Shown here in pieces: positions 14,205 to 27,879 of a stretch of 64,000 nt of DNA. Location: the NCBI GenBank assembly GCA_028534125.1, contig CM052832.1, positions 13,456,001-13,520,000 of the forward strand, written 5' to 3'. Below the pieces are notes generated by a model. The model was not told the origin of the DNA, searched no databases, and saw only the letters and a program-made list of their open reading frames with translations. This DNA is from Lama glama. Lineage: Eukaryota. Both the position numbers and the translations under genes were made by a program. How positions within the stretch are numbered: the stretch's first letter is position 1; each line of letters begins with the position of its first letter.

Positions 14205-14522
14205 TTTACTGTCCAGGGTAGTAGCCACTAGCCACATGTTGCTACTGAGTATCTGAAATGTGGCTAGTCTGAATTGAGAAATATTGTAAGTGTAAAATAT
14301 ATACCAGATTTTGAAGATTTAGATTAATGAGAATGTAAAATATTTCATTAATAATTTTTTATATTGACTACCTGTTGAAATGATAACTTTGGGGTATATT
14401 TGGTTAAATAAAATATATAATTAAAATTAGTTTTACCTATTCCTTTTCACTTTTTAAATGTAGCTACTAGAAAACTTAACGTTATGCATGTGGTTTACAT
14501 ACTCTTATTGGATAGTACTGCC
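14205..14522. mobile_element. MER3/MER33-like hAT-Charlie DNA transposon
   Basis: gtagccactagccacatgt...ttattggatagtactg, typical termini. Confidence 0.75.
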
Positions 14523-15284
14523 CTAAGTCTCCTGGAGGCCTCCCCTGTTACCTTCTTTAGTTGCTTTATGGTCTGACCTATCTTATCCATTTCTTCCTTT
14601 TCTAGTAACTGCTTAGGTTTAGAAGGTAAAATAGCAAGTCAAACTTTGTGGCCAACCTTTAAGAGGATTAAATGAGTGCATGAATGGACAATGAAAATTT
14701 TCAATTCTTTGACTTATGGATTGGTGCTACAATATTAGAAAAAAAGTGGGGAGTGGACACAGAATAGCCTTCACTAGTGTCTGTAGAGATGGACTGTATG
14801 CATACAGAGAATTAAAGAGGGAATACAAGAATCATTCTGAGGACGAAAACCCCACCACCACACACACACCCTGAAGTAGGACAAAAAATGTATTCCATCT
14901 CCGACCTTCCCCACCTGTCTAGGCTTTTTTTTTAATCTGTTTTTCTTTTGGCTACACTAATTTGTCTCTCTTCTTCTATGAATACTAATTTAGACTGCTC
15001 CCTTGATGGAATGTGGCTATTAAAAAGATGAAGAAAAACTGCTGGAGATAACAATGTGGGGTGGTGTAGCAGATGTAAAGACCAAACAACATTGAAAGAT
15101 GTTTACTTAAGTTGAAAAAGACCTTAGAGATTTCCCTGTTCCATCTTTCACCCAAATTCATAATCCTTTAATATACGGAATAAAGGCTGCTAGTGTTAGA
15201 ACATCAGTATTCATCTAACATACCAAATATATACTGAGAAATGGGGAAATCCACTGAATATATATTTTCCAACAGGGAAAAAAC

Positions 15285-15456
15285 ATGAAGAAGAAAAAAC
15301 ATGATGCTATTGTTTGTAAACCCAAAGAACTTCTGAATCCCTCTCCCAAAGTAACAAATTGTTACAAATCACTGTGGGTGAAATACAGTGTTCAGAAGGC
15401 TTACATGACCCAACTTGTCAGCTCCCAGCCAGTTTCAGCCATGTCAAGGAACCCAG
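15285..15456 (+). CDS. PXT1: PXT1 first coding exon (MKKKKHDAIV...MSRNP)
   Basis: Translation closely matches the human PXT1 N-terminus as recalled; acceptor ttttccaacag at 15275; donor G|gtaaga, phase 1. Confidence 0.93.
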
Positions 15457-16789
15457 GTAAGATATTATTTGCATTAAACTAAGTTAAATATTCTATTTAC
15501 CATGTATTTTTCTTCGTATTGGGGACATAAAATCAGGCATTAAATAGAGCATTTAAACATTAAGTAGTAGTGATAAATCTATTCATTAAAGTTCTTATGT
15601 GTTAAAAATCTAAAACTGACCTTGCTTCATGGTAGAAATCTTAGTTTCTATTAGCCCTGAATCATTGAAGTAACAACTAATTAAGATGATCCCAAATAGA
15701 CTAAACTAGATCAAATTTATCTTTTAATAAATATTTATCTTTAAACCTGACCTGAGTATGTCTGCATTGTAATGGTAGGGAAAATTCAGTTTAGGTTTCC
15801 TCTTGATTTTATCGATATAGGAAAGAACATGAGGGAAAGATAAATTTGAAATTTTGTTTTGCAAAAATGTATGATTCTTAAATGTCCCAAAATGTTGGAA
15901 AACTAAAGAGTTATGTTTTGAAAAGCATTAAAGAGTGCTGTAGTTAAATATATGGGGTTTTAGACTTTTAGATTAAAAATATGCTAGAAACCTGAAAGGA
16001 ATTATTAAAACCAATCTCAAACTACTGTCCAATTTTAAAAGAATTACATGCCACTGAGAATGTGGAAATTTCAAGCATCCTTATAGTCTCTTATCACCGT
16101 ATCAAATACAGTCGCCATTTTCTAGAAAGAATTCAATAGAGTAAAATTTTGGATTTTCATCTGGGCAGGTGTCAACAATTATTTCTCAAAGCCTGAGACT
16201 GTCATCTATGAATACCTTCTAGAACATATATTTTGGTTTTTGAGATGTAATTCGTACACCATGAAGTTCAAATTTTAAAGCGCACAATTCAGTGGTTTTC
16301 TAGTGTATTAACAAGGTTGTACACTATTCTATAACTTGTATTTGACTGTAAACATTTTTCAGAGTTTTCACACTCACTATACTGCTTAATCCTCACAGAT
16401 TCCTCACGAAACTGAGGTGCGCTGTGGGCGGTTGCCACATTTACCCCCAAAGTTTTCCTAATAACGGTTTCACCTTAAAAGCAGAAGCAGAGTTAAGAAT
16501 TAATAATGCTAAGACCTTAGAGTCGGAGAGTAACGCCAACAAACTAATCTACACGTTTGTTTTCTTGTCTATAGAGCTCTCATTTTACTAGATATGTAAA
16601 ACCTCACTTGCTCCTGGCATTTTCATCTGGTCGGCCACCAGTGTGCATTAAACGACCGCCAAACAGAAACAAGGGGACCCCACATAGAGGTGGTGCAGAC
16701 ACAAGCCCTCGATTTCCTTCCCTCACAGGCCCGTCAGGCAGCAGCGCCTTTATCCTTTTATGTTTTATGATAACGCTGAAGGAACAGGG

Positions 16790-17110
16790 GATGTACTGAC
16801 CGAGGGAGGCGGTGTGAGAGGGACATGGGGTGGTTATTACGGCGTCGAGAAAGCGAAAGCCGGGTAATCGGAGGCGCCGGGAGGTGTTTTCCGGGCGCGG
16901 GCTCTCCCTGCCTCTCTCTCGCGTCGGAAGCGAGGAGCGAGCAGCGCGCGCCACCGCCGGGCCTCCGGCCGCCTCGCGCCGTGTGCGCTTCTGTTGGTCA
17001 CAGCCGCCCACGTGACCTCCGCCGCAGCCCCGCCCCAAGCGCTTTTCCCGCAGGAGAGCGGGTCTCGGCAGCACAGCGGGGCGGGAGGTCGCACGGAGGA
17101 CCCTGGGGGC
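16790..17110. promoter_or_regulatory. Intragenic CpG island in PXT1 intron
   Basis: High CpG density; IRF element GAAAGCGAAAGC at 16849-16860, CGGAAG ETS core, CACGTGAC E-box at 17009-17016, CCCCGCCCC at 17028-17036. Confidence 0.75.
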
Positions 17111-17497
17111 CTCTCTGGCTAAGAACCTAGAAAATTAGACAGGTTGGTAGTTAAGTACGTAGACAGATAGGTAGGTAGATAGGTAAGATAGACACTGCCC
17201 CAAACCATTGTTCGCTGGAAAGTGACTCGCTGAGCCCAAATTTATCTGTTACTTTAGGGACATCTACACTATACATATGAACAGAACTCTTTGGGGGAAA
17301 AAGACCATAATACTTGTATGGGGAACTTAAAGACACTTAGAGGAGGTGGGTAGGATTTTGGGAAGTCCAGAGCAACCAAACTGATACATCATTTAGGAGA
17401 AATTAGACGCTCTTGGGAAAACAAAAATGAATGAAAGTGGAAAGAGGCCAAGTCCACCTCTAAAAATACAATAATTATTGATAGGAAAGGGCAGAAT

Positions 17498-17530
<33 letters not shown>

Positions 17531-17545
17531 ATTTAATATATATGT
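17498..17545. repeat. Imperfect (TA)n microsatellite
   Basis: Direct reading. Confidence 0.9.
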
Positions 17546-19122
17546 ATAGGTAGTATAAATGGGAGATATTAATTGTAGAAGTCAGTAGAGGATCCAGTTA
17601 TTCAACTTCTTTCTCCCTTTGAGAGTGAGCAGATGCACATTTTTGCCCCTTTTTTGGTGTATGTGCTTCTGAGGCTCACCACCCGTTCCCTGCCTCCTCG
17701 TGAAAGACACATTTACTTTTTCACTCATTCAAAAAAAAAAAAATACTAGGGCCTACTATATTCTAGGCACTGTGCTAGGTACTCGGGTGACAATGATGAA
17801 CAAAAACAGTAACAGCCCTTTCTTTCCTGGAGCAGACACTGGTAAAGGTACTGCTATCTCTTGATAGCAGTCAGTTACACATACCAATAATATGTAATGT
17901 GACTGGTGCTAACAAAAGGTCCAGATGCTGTAATGGGGCTTTTTGACCTAGCAGGGAGGTTAGAGAAGGCTTTCCTTAAGATTTAACTCTGTACTGAGAC
18001 CTGAGGAGGTTAAGGAAGATGCAAACTGCAGGCAGAGGGAGCAGCTTGCAGGGGAGACCTAGTAGCCTCTCCTCTTCCAATGACTGCCTATCTTACCCAT
18101 TTCCTCTATACATACATTAAACTTGCCTCTTAGTTCTCAGAAGACACTTTCCTTTCAATCCCAAGTTCATTTAGGGTGTAACTGGTAACCCATAATTATT
18201 ATTATAGACACTGTGTATCCCGTAAGTGAGTATAGTGATATACACATCTAATAGGCATTATCATGTTATTTTACATAATGAAAACATGCAATGACCAGCA
18301 AAATCTAAACTATGATGTTATCTCAATAGAACTGAAAGTGCTATAGATATTTAAAGTGGTGAGAGATCGCATTATTTTGGAGGACTAAAAAAAGGCATCT
18401 TAGATAAAGCAATTTTTGAGATACGCTTCACAGGTGAGATTTGATCAAATAGAGATAACAGTTTATTCTCGCAGAAGATTCAAGAAGAAGAGTAAAGAGG
18501 ATGGACAGGTAAGTTGAGATTATTCCAAGGGCCTTGAAAACCAGTCCAAAGAGTTTGTAGAAACTAAACAGAAATGTTTTATTAAGTTTTAAGGACTTGT
18601 CTAAGATACTTTTCCTTTCCAACATTTACCTTGGAAAATTTAAAATTTACAAAAAAGTTGCACAAATAAATCTGTGGTTACTCATATACTCTTCACATGG
18701 ATTTATCATTTTTTGGCCGCATTTGCTTTCTCTCTCTCACTCTCTCTACACACATATGCACATGCACTCATGAATGCACGCACAGTTTTTTTTCTTTGCT
18801 AAACCATCTGAAATAAAGTTGCAAACTAACTTCATCTCTAAGTAATTCCCGGTATTGTCTCCTAAGAACAAAGATACTTTTCTGCATAACCACAATACAA
18901 TTATGACTTCTGAGATACTTTTAAAGTTAAAATTTGAATAAATATTTATGTTAATAAAAATTAAGAAAAATGCATTACTTATTTAAGTGGCTTGCAACAG
19001 TGACTGACACATTATAAGTGCTATATAAGTGTTTGTTTAAAAAAATACATTTTCATGGTTGAGAAACTAAAGAATACAAAAAGGCATGTAGTGAAAAGTC
19101 TCCTACGTTCTTGCCCCCATCT

Positions 19123-19222
19123 NNNNNNNNNNNNNNNNNNNNNNNNNNNNNNNNNNNNNNNNNNNNNNNNNNNNNNNNNNNNNNNNNNNNNNNNNNNNNN
19201 NNNNNNNNNNNNNNNNNNNNNN
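19123..19222. other. Assembly gap (100 N)
   Basis: Run of n. Confidence 1.
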
Positions 19223-20819
19223 GTGTCCTTCCAGAGATTCTTTATGTGAAAATGAACAATTGTGAATAGAGATGTTTATACCCCCTCCCCTTTTAGACAA
19301 AGGTGGCATATTAAGCACGCTGTTCTTGTTTTCTCACTTAACACATGATTTGGAGATCTTTCTGCATTAATATGGAGCTTCCTTATTCTTATTTACAGTG
19401 GCATAATATTCCATAGTCTGGTTACACCATTATTTATTTAAATGTTTCCTGTTGCTGTACTTCTGGGTTGTTTTCAAACACTGAATATTGAAACCAATGC
19501 TACAAAGGATAACCTTGAGCATATGTGCATTCATAAAATTTGATGGATACATTGCCCACCACCACATTTAAAATACGTGAATGTGCATTATTGTTGCCAT
19601 TTTGCAACTTTAAATGAAAGGAGAGCCGTCTTTAAGACAAACTAAAAGGTAGGACTGTCCTTAGATAAACTGACAAGAGTAGCCAGAATTTTCCCTCCAA
19701 CTCTAACCTTTTCTGTCCTCCTCTCCACCCCCTTATGCAACTGCATCTTTATAATCATAATCAACAATATCTGTGTAGGGCACCCAGCTAGATCCTAGAG
19801 TTATGAAATAGATACATGTCCTCAAGGGTTTCACCATTTAGTTGATCAGACATGTACAAAATAAAAATAGTTATTATGTTGAGTTCCAGAATGCAAAATG
19901 CACCTCTTGCTTGGGGCACGCTCAATCCTTTGATGCATCCTATCTCTAAGGTCCTTCCTTCTCTGCCTCTGTCTACCCAATGGAGATACCCAAGGTTGCG
20001 GACATCCTCATAAGCTCTTTCATTTCTCCCAATGTCGATTACTGGAACTTATCCACCTGGTATTCCGTCTTCTTACTGCATATACTAGATTTTATATTTC
20101 CCTAGTGACAATGAATCAGTTAAAATAATAGTTGCAAACCATTATGCTTTTGATTGGCACAGGCAGGGCTGGCCCTAAAACTATTGTGAAGTAGATGACA
20201 TTTGTTTGGGGGAGGGTCTCCCCATTTGGCTGCTCTTTCGTCTCTCTGGGCACCTTCCCTCTTGGGTGAGTGCTCAGCCCCTACTGGTGCCCTCACCTTT
20301 TCTCAGGTAATTGTCAAGTTACCCTTGCTGGGGTGTCAACTAATTGTTAGGGTGTCATTTCAAAATGGCTTGAGGTGAGATACTCTTTAAAACAACAATA
20401 GAAACTAAAATGACAGGCAGTACAGTTGCAATTTTGATCAGAGGGCTACATACTTCACCTACTATTTCAGCCACCTACTTAGGGGCTTACCCTTGGCTGA
20501 TACCCTGGCCCTCCCTGCTCCCCCATCTCATTCCTCCCACTCTTTACTCTGTGTAGAGTTCTCGAGCTCTGGGACCAGTGCTATCTGTGAAGTGTGGTGC
20601 GGTACCCGCCAGTGCCCAGAGGCACTCTTCTTATGTTTGGTAGTTAAATTATTGTTTTAATACTTCTATTTGTTGTCTTTGCAAACTTAAATAATTTAAA
20701 CTTCTATTTCTTATTTCATATATTTTCAGCAGTATCACACAACTCTATTTTATAAGAGGAAGATGCTAACTTCCTTGCCTTCTTATCACTAGCCTTCCAG
20801 AGCCTGCTATTTGTCCCCT

Positions 20820-21146
20820 ATGCAGTCAGCCCTCCATATCCTTGGGTTCTCCATCATCGGATTCAACCAACCTCAGATCAAAAAAAAAAAAAAAATCCAA
20901 AAAGTTCCAAAAGGCAAAACCTGAATTTGTGTGAGTGGCAACTATTTACCTAGCATTTACATTGTATTAGTTATTGTAAGTAATCTAGAGATGATTTAAA
21001 GTATATGGGAGGACATGTGTAAGTAATATGCAAATAGTACACCATCTTATATAAGAGGACTTGAGCATCCTCAGATTTTGATATCCACCAGAGGAGAGGG
21101 GAGTGTCCTGGAACCAATCCCTCACAGATACCAAAGGACAACTGTA
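20820..21146. mobile_element. MER2 (Tigger) DNA transposon
   Basis: Imperfect terminal inverted repeats cagtcagccctccatatcc / gataccaaaggacaactg; ggattcaaccaacc internal motif. Confidence 0.8.
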
Positions 21147-22819
21147 CTTTTTAATTATTAGCTTGAGTTTTAACATTTACACTCTGTCCTCTAGCTGCAA
21201 CCAACTCTTCTGTGCTTTTTTTCCATCAGTTGATTCTAAAAGTTAAAAACCAACAACCTTATTTTACATTATTGTATCTATGTAAATATAGTCTAACACC
21301 AGGTCCAGTGGTAGTAGTTAAGACATATGATGTAAGACTTCATGAACATTATTGTTTAATATTCATAATAATCTTAAAGTCCCTTTTTAACACATAAGGA
21401 AACTGAGGTATAGAGAAGCTAAGAACAGGTAATTAGAAAGTAATGAGTCAAGACTTTTCTCCTATGTGAGGACAGGATAAAATTTTCTTTTCTTTAGATA
21501 CAAGTTTAGGACTCCTGCCAACTGGAAAAAGAATGCACATCAAGGTTACATATATATATTTTTTTCTCTTTTTTTGAGGGGGTGATGGTGGTCTTTAGCT
21601 CCTGTTATGCAACTTTGGTCAGTTTTCTTTTTTTTCCATTTCTGTTAGTGACTAATTTCAGCCACTTCAGGATTCCCCTCTTTCTCAGCAGGCGAGTTTT
21701 CTGTTTCATATACAAAATTGATGTCATCAGGGCAAACACCTTAATCTCCTTACCCCTCATTCCAGACTTCCTTACAAGAGCATCATATCTTATCTATTAT
21801 ATATCAAAGGAAGGGAGACCCCCTCCTGTTCAAAATTAATCCTTCCTCATGTTTCCATTCTCATTTCTCCTAAACCTCTGGGACTTTGCTTCAGTGGTTT
21901 GCCCTGCTTTATCTTCCATTTTCCCTTACTCCTGCTTTAATTCCTCTCCTCAACCTACAAACCTGGTCAAGACTCTCAGCTTAGAGAATTCTTTCATCAC
22001 ACTTCTTCCTCTTGCTTCTGTCCATTCTCTCTCATTGTTTCATCAGGGCACCTCTTGGAAGAGTAGTCTACACGTACTGATGGCAAGTCTAGTCTGGCAG
22101 CTTGAATTCCAACTTCACTGCCATGCAAACTTCCTTTCATTCTAGTTGCATGGCTAATTCTCTTTTGCTGTATTTCAGTCCTGGGTGATACTAGCAATTC
22201 TTTTTTAAAGGAGCAGTGTGTCCTTGGTATGAGACTTTGGGCCTTCCTGAGATTGACCAGTAGTCCTGCTAAATGTAAGCACATTTTTGGAAATTATGAC
22301 TCAGATTAGGTATTATTAGGAACTGAAGGGTCAACTGTAATATATTTAATTGATTATGAGAAGGTGTATCCTTTGAGAGGGGGCAATTATTGTTGATTTT
22401 ATTCTTGAAAGATTTCAATGTACAAAGTGACTGAATTTTAAGCACTACCTAATGGCTTAAAGCTCTCCTAAAAGAAGCCACTTGCCTTAACTAAATAAGA
22501 GGTCATGCTGAGTGAGAGATGAAGACTTGAGTTCGGGGAGGTGGTGTGTCTCTAAAAAAGGGAGGCACATGTTTTCCAATCTGGAAGCAGATGGTCCAGC
22601 ATGTGGAGAGGCTAAGCCTCCCAGTACTGTCTTGTCTACTTGTTATTTTATAAAGGTAAAAGGCTGGGCAAATACTCTTCAAAGTCTCTTAATGCTCTGG
22701 GATTTAGAGGTGGTCACTACTAGCAATAAAGTATGTATGGAATGATTTTCCTTGAGAATAATCACCTCCCAGTAGTGAAATAGGGGATTAAAGCTGTGAT
22801 TGCTTAATATTATGCCTAG

Positions 22820-23202
22820 TACCGACAAAAGAATTGATCAATTGACCTAAAAAAGAAATGGAAATTCTTTTCGAGCCAAATTGAGGATTATAATTGAAAG
22901 CTCCCAGAACTGTTCTGCCTGTTAAAGGTCAAAGCACAGTTACATAAATTTTTGAGACAAGGGGCTGTACATTAAATGATGTATTATTGACAGTTTACCC
23001 AATCCAGATCTACAAGTAGTGGGTCATGGGTCATCGTGGCCCCTTACAAGATTAAGAAGAAAGGTTATCTCCTAAGGAGGTCTGGTTAATGCCGATGCAC
23101 AGTACACACTGAAGGGGAGGGAGGAGGCCCAAATGGGCAAAGCAAAACTTTTATGTTTAAATTTTTCTCATCTTGCCTTTAAATATGAATTTTATTTCAT
23201 CA
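22820..23202 (-). mobile_element. ERV-like solo LTR, family uncertain
   Basis: Minus strand begins TGATGAAATAAATTC; ~380 bp of LTR-like composition. Confidence 0.45.
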
Positions 23203-25959
23203 CTAATCATACAGGGAAAGTACTATAAAGTTTTAACACAGAGGAATACCCTTTTGGAACGAACTATAAAGCAATTTCTTCAGTTTCAACTTAAGCCACA
23301 TTTTAATTTGCTTCACATTTGGACCATAAACTTCCTGTATGACCTTTGGTTTTCTGGACTTTCTCACTGCCTCCCCCACATGATTTACAGTTACAATATC
23401 CTCAGGTTTCCCCAAATTTTCAACCATACTGTCTCTTCTAGCAAATCTCCCTTTCCCCAGGGACTTCCCATCTAGCGCTGCTCTCTTGCTCCAGTCTCAT
23501 CACTCTCTAGGCCTCCAGGTACCACTGTCATCCTGGGACTCCCCTTTGCATGGGTTAGATCCACCCTTTGCTAAATTTTTTTTTTTCTCTTGGTTTAGTC
23601 ATACTCTGTTTTACTGGAATACTTCCCCAAGAGACTTCCTAAGAAACTGTATATGGGAGAACAACGTCCTGAGTCCTTGCATGTCTGCAAATATCTTCAT
23701 TCACTTCTTACAAATTATTTAGAGTTTAGCTAGATATAAACTTCTAGGTTGAAAATAATTTTTTAATAAAATCCTTGAGGACATTAATTGTTCTACTATA
23801 TTCTAGCTTCCATTGTTGATGGAAAGTCAGTTGTCAAACTAATTCATGTTTCCCTCTGGAGGTTTTTAGCATCTCCTTATGCTTAGTGTTTTGAAATTTC
23901 AGTATATTCTAGAGATGAGGATTTTATCTCCCCATTTGTTGTCCTAGGAACTTGGTGGGGCTTTTTTTTTTTTTTGGGTGGGACTTTCTAATCTTAAATT
24001 TGGTGTCCTTTAGCTCTGGGAAGTTGTCTTATGCTATTTATTTTTATAATTTCTCTCCTTGATTTCTCTCTTTCTGCAACTCCTATTAATCAGATGCTGG
24101 GCTTTCCATATTGGTTCTCTAGATCACCTTTCTTTTCTCTCATATTTTTAAACTTCTGATGATTCTTCTGAGTGATTCCCTTGACTTTATTTTTTCAGAC
24201 CATCAATTGTGTTTTTAATTTTAGCAATCACATTTTTAAAATCTGGAAGATTTTATTGCAGGTTTATTCTTTTTTCATGGCACTCTTTTGTTTCCTGAGT
24301 GTAATATTTTCTTAAATTTCTCTAAACATATACATTAGAATTTGCAAACATTCTCTTGTCTTGCCTGAATTATATGTTTTCTTCGGTATTACTGTTTTGT
24401 TTATTTACTGGGTATCTCTCTTTCATTCTGTGGTTCTTCTCACTTGTCTGGTTATCCTTTATTATTTTAAAGAAATATGGACTGAGTAGCTGTGTGTTTT
24501 TTTTTCCTGCTGTTATGTGAGTAAGACTGTTTTCCCAGGTGGTAGCAGTAGCTAACGTTTGTATAGTATTTTTCCATGTTCCTGGCACTGTCCTGCACAT
24601 GTTAAATATATTAACTCAGTTAACCATCTCAAGAACCTCTCTAAGAGGTAGTTACTGTGGTGTTTCATTAGGTTTAATACTCCATCAATTGTAAAATCTA
24701 CCATTATTTTGTTTACTACTCCAGAGGTAAAGAATACAGTTGAAATACAACATGCCATAGATTATAAAACACATTCTGTTTTGGCAGAATTATAAAATCT
24801 TAACATTGATAAAATAATACATTACTATTCCCATCTTACGTTTGAAGAAACTGCGGCATAGAGAGATTAAGTAACTTTCCCTGGTTACCTAGTTTTAACT
24901 GTAGTGGATTTTACATTTGAACCCAAATAATTTGGCTTCAGAATCTTACCACTATGCCCAACTGCCTCTCCACGACTTCCCACTGAGTGGGGAATAAAAT
25001 GGGGCAAAGGAGGCCTCTGAGTTGAGGGGTCTTTAGGGTGATGAATAAGGAAGCTGGCTTTCTGGCCCCAGGCCTCCCAAATGCCAGAACAAGGACAACT
25101 TTAATCTGAGGCACCAACATTCATAAAGTTTTAGCTTTTTCCACAAGATCTGTTCCCTTCTATTAGAGAAGAGTGGTCTGGACTTTTTAATTTAAATCTG
25201 TCACAGGTACCAAGTGGTACAGTTGATCTCTAGTCAATGGCGTGTCTCCCTTTCCCAGCTTCAGGGTCTTGGTGGAGTAAACGGGCTTCCAAGCCTCAGG
25301 ACCCCCTGCTGTGGGTTCTTGGCACTTTCTCTGCCTGGCTCACATGTCTGTATCTTGTGTCATCTGCTTTCTGCCTTCCAGAAACATGTACTGATCTCTC
25401 ATCTGCTATTGTCCCTGCCTCGCCTCTCATTCTCTTCACTGTTGTGGTCTCATCCTCTTCCTATACTTTCATTTTGGTGGGGTCTTGGGAAAGATTAGGA
25501 GAAATGGAGAGGCTAATGCTTGTGCTCAGTCTTGAACCAGAAGTCCCAGACCTCTGTTTTTAGTAAACAAGATCAAGATTATAAAAGGATGACCACCATA
25601 TGAGAAAATAAAATATTCACATTATAGATAGCTGGCAATGGAATAGCACTTACAAAACCTTAACAGCATATTTGCTTAAAAGTTTTCCTAAATGCAGCTG
25701 AAGAATTCTTAATGTATGACAATATTTTTAACACATTTTAATTCCAATACCTTGAGGCTTATTATTTGCCTTATGAAGGAATTATTCTTGCAAAAAGATT
25801 AACCAAAAAGGTTTTCCAAATTCCCCACTAGGCCCTTTAGATTGTGATTTTATTTTCAGAACTGTGTGTGGATATATCCATATCCACACAACTTTTCAGC
25901 ATAAAGTGAGATACTTTTTCCCTCTGGATATTAAAAATTCAATCCTTGGAAAATAATAA

Positions 25960-26400
25960 AGTATGTGATATGTGGCCAGTGCAACTGGAGAACTGAATTT
26001 TAAGTTTTATTTAATTTTAATTAATTTAAGTTTAAAAACTGACACTTAATTTAATTGTTGGAAAACTGTTAAGTATGTTTGGAACAACTTGGGTATATGA
26101 ATTTACTTTTTAACTGTAAACTTCATGAAATATAAATTAAGGTTTTCCATGAAACTAGTTAAAACCCGATTTGAGATGTGCTGTAAGTATAAACATTGGA
26201 TTTTGAAGACTTAAATATAATTAAAAGAGTATAAGACATACCATTAATAATTTTATATTGATTATATGTTATAACAGTAATACTTTGGATATGCTGTCTT
26301 AGGTAAAGTATACTACTAAAATTATTTTTCCCTGATTTTACCACTGGAAAATTTGAAATTAATATGTAGCTTGGAATTTTATTTCTACTGGACAGAGTTG
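25960..26400. mobile_element. Charlie1/MER33-like DNA transposon remnant
   Basis: atgtggccagtgcaactggagaactgaatttt; ctattggacag-like end. Confidence 0.6.
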
Positions 26401-26721
26401 ATCTATTCCAAAACAAGTCTTTGCTTTTCAATAATCATTATGATGTTGGGATTTTGTCCTTCTCATTGTCTCAGATAGTTTTTAGTGACTAGTGGTGAGT
26501 GATCTACAGATAGTTAATGGAGTTGTCTCCTTGAATTCTTTTTTAAATTAAAGTATAGTTGCTGTACAGTATTATATAAGTTACAGGTGTATAATATATT
26601 GGTTCACAATTTTTAAAGGTTATACTCCATTTATAGTTATAAAATATTGGCTGTATTCCCCATGTTGTACCATAAATCCTTGTAGCTTATTTTCTCTTTG
26701 AACTCTGTTCTGTCAATGCAG

Positions 26722-26852
26722 GTCACAACCCACCTTCTCAGCCCAAGGAGAATAGCACTGGCCAGAACCATCACCAGGAAGAAGTAATCCACAAATTGGC
26801 CATGCAACTGAGAAACATTGGGGACAGCATTGATCATAGGATGGTTCAAGAG
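26722..26852 (+). CDS. PXT1: PXT1 second coding exon with BH3-like motif (EEVIHKLAMQLRNIGDSIDHRMVQE)
   Basis: Acceptor tgcag, donor GAG|gtgaga, 131 nt, phase 1 to 0; matches human LAMQLRHIGDNIDHRMVRE. Confidence 0.95.
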
Positions 26853-27034
26853 GTGAGACTTCAGTTTCCCCAGCAAGGGCCTGTCATGGAGGAGGAAAAA
26901 GCAAACAAAACAATGGCTTCCCAGTAGCTGGGATGCCCAGGAATTAGCAAAACACATGGATTAATACTCTCCGATGACCAAATGTTAGATCTGAAAGCTG
27001 TGAACCTGAGTCAAAGCCAGTATTTGATTTCACA

Positions 27035-27385
27035 CTTGCTACTCAAACTGTGGTCCGCAGTCTAGCAGCATCAGCACCATCTGGCAGCTAGTCAGACATG
27101 CAATGTCTCAGGCCGCAGCCCAAGATGCTGGCATCAGAATTTACCATTTTACACACACCCTAGAGGATTTGCATGCATATTAAAGTGTGAGAAACTCTGC
27201 TCCACACCCTCAAAGTAGGATGCATGTTAAAGTCACCTGTGGAGTTTTAAGAACCATAGCTGCCCGAGCTCCACCTCGAGACTCTGATTTAATTGGCATG
27301 AGTTGTGGGCTGGGCATCAGGCACTTTCAAAGCTCTCCAGGTGAATCTAATGCTCAGTCAGGGAGGAGACCCTTTGCCTTAGATT
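27035..27385. mobile_element. MER5A/MER5B fragments
   Basis: ctactcaaactgtggtcc...agcagcatcagcacc; agctctccaggtgaatctaatgc. Confidence 0.7.
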
Positions 27386-27879
27386 GTGCTTAACCTCCTT
27401 GAACCAACCCAGAGGTTACTATCTAGGCCTGACTCCTAACTTGTTTCTCCTGATTATTGTGAGAGATAATTAGGGAAACAGGAAAGAATAATGATTACTG
27501 TTTGAAATCTTAGGGGTAATGAAATCTGCAGTCAGCTTAGTTTTCTTCCAGAACAACCTGGGCTTGGCAGTGGAGAGAGAATGAGCACATGGGACCCTGA
27601 GGTAGGAGGGGCGGCTGCCCTTCTGAGCCCAACTTCCTGCCCTTAAATTCATCGCAGAACAGGTACCTGTGGTGCTTTCTTGTTCATCACAGCTGCTGCC
27701 ATCATGCTGGCTTCAAGTGTGCCAAGTCCTCTTCTAGGCTCTGGTCCAAATGTGGCAATACTCAGGCATTCACTCAAAGAAAACGTTCCCTGATACAAAA
27801 CAAGGACAGAAGATCCCCACAAATAACGTTACTAAAAGTAAGAAGGAAGCAAACAAAATCAAATAAAATGTCGATAGAG

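Noticed and set aside
16604..17130. 156-aa and 101-aa ORFs in the intragenic island
   Set aside because: GC-composition artefacts with no recognisable homology.
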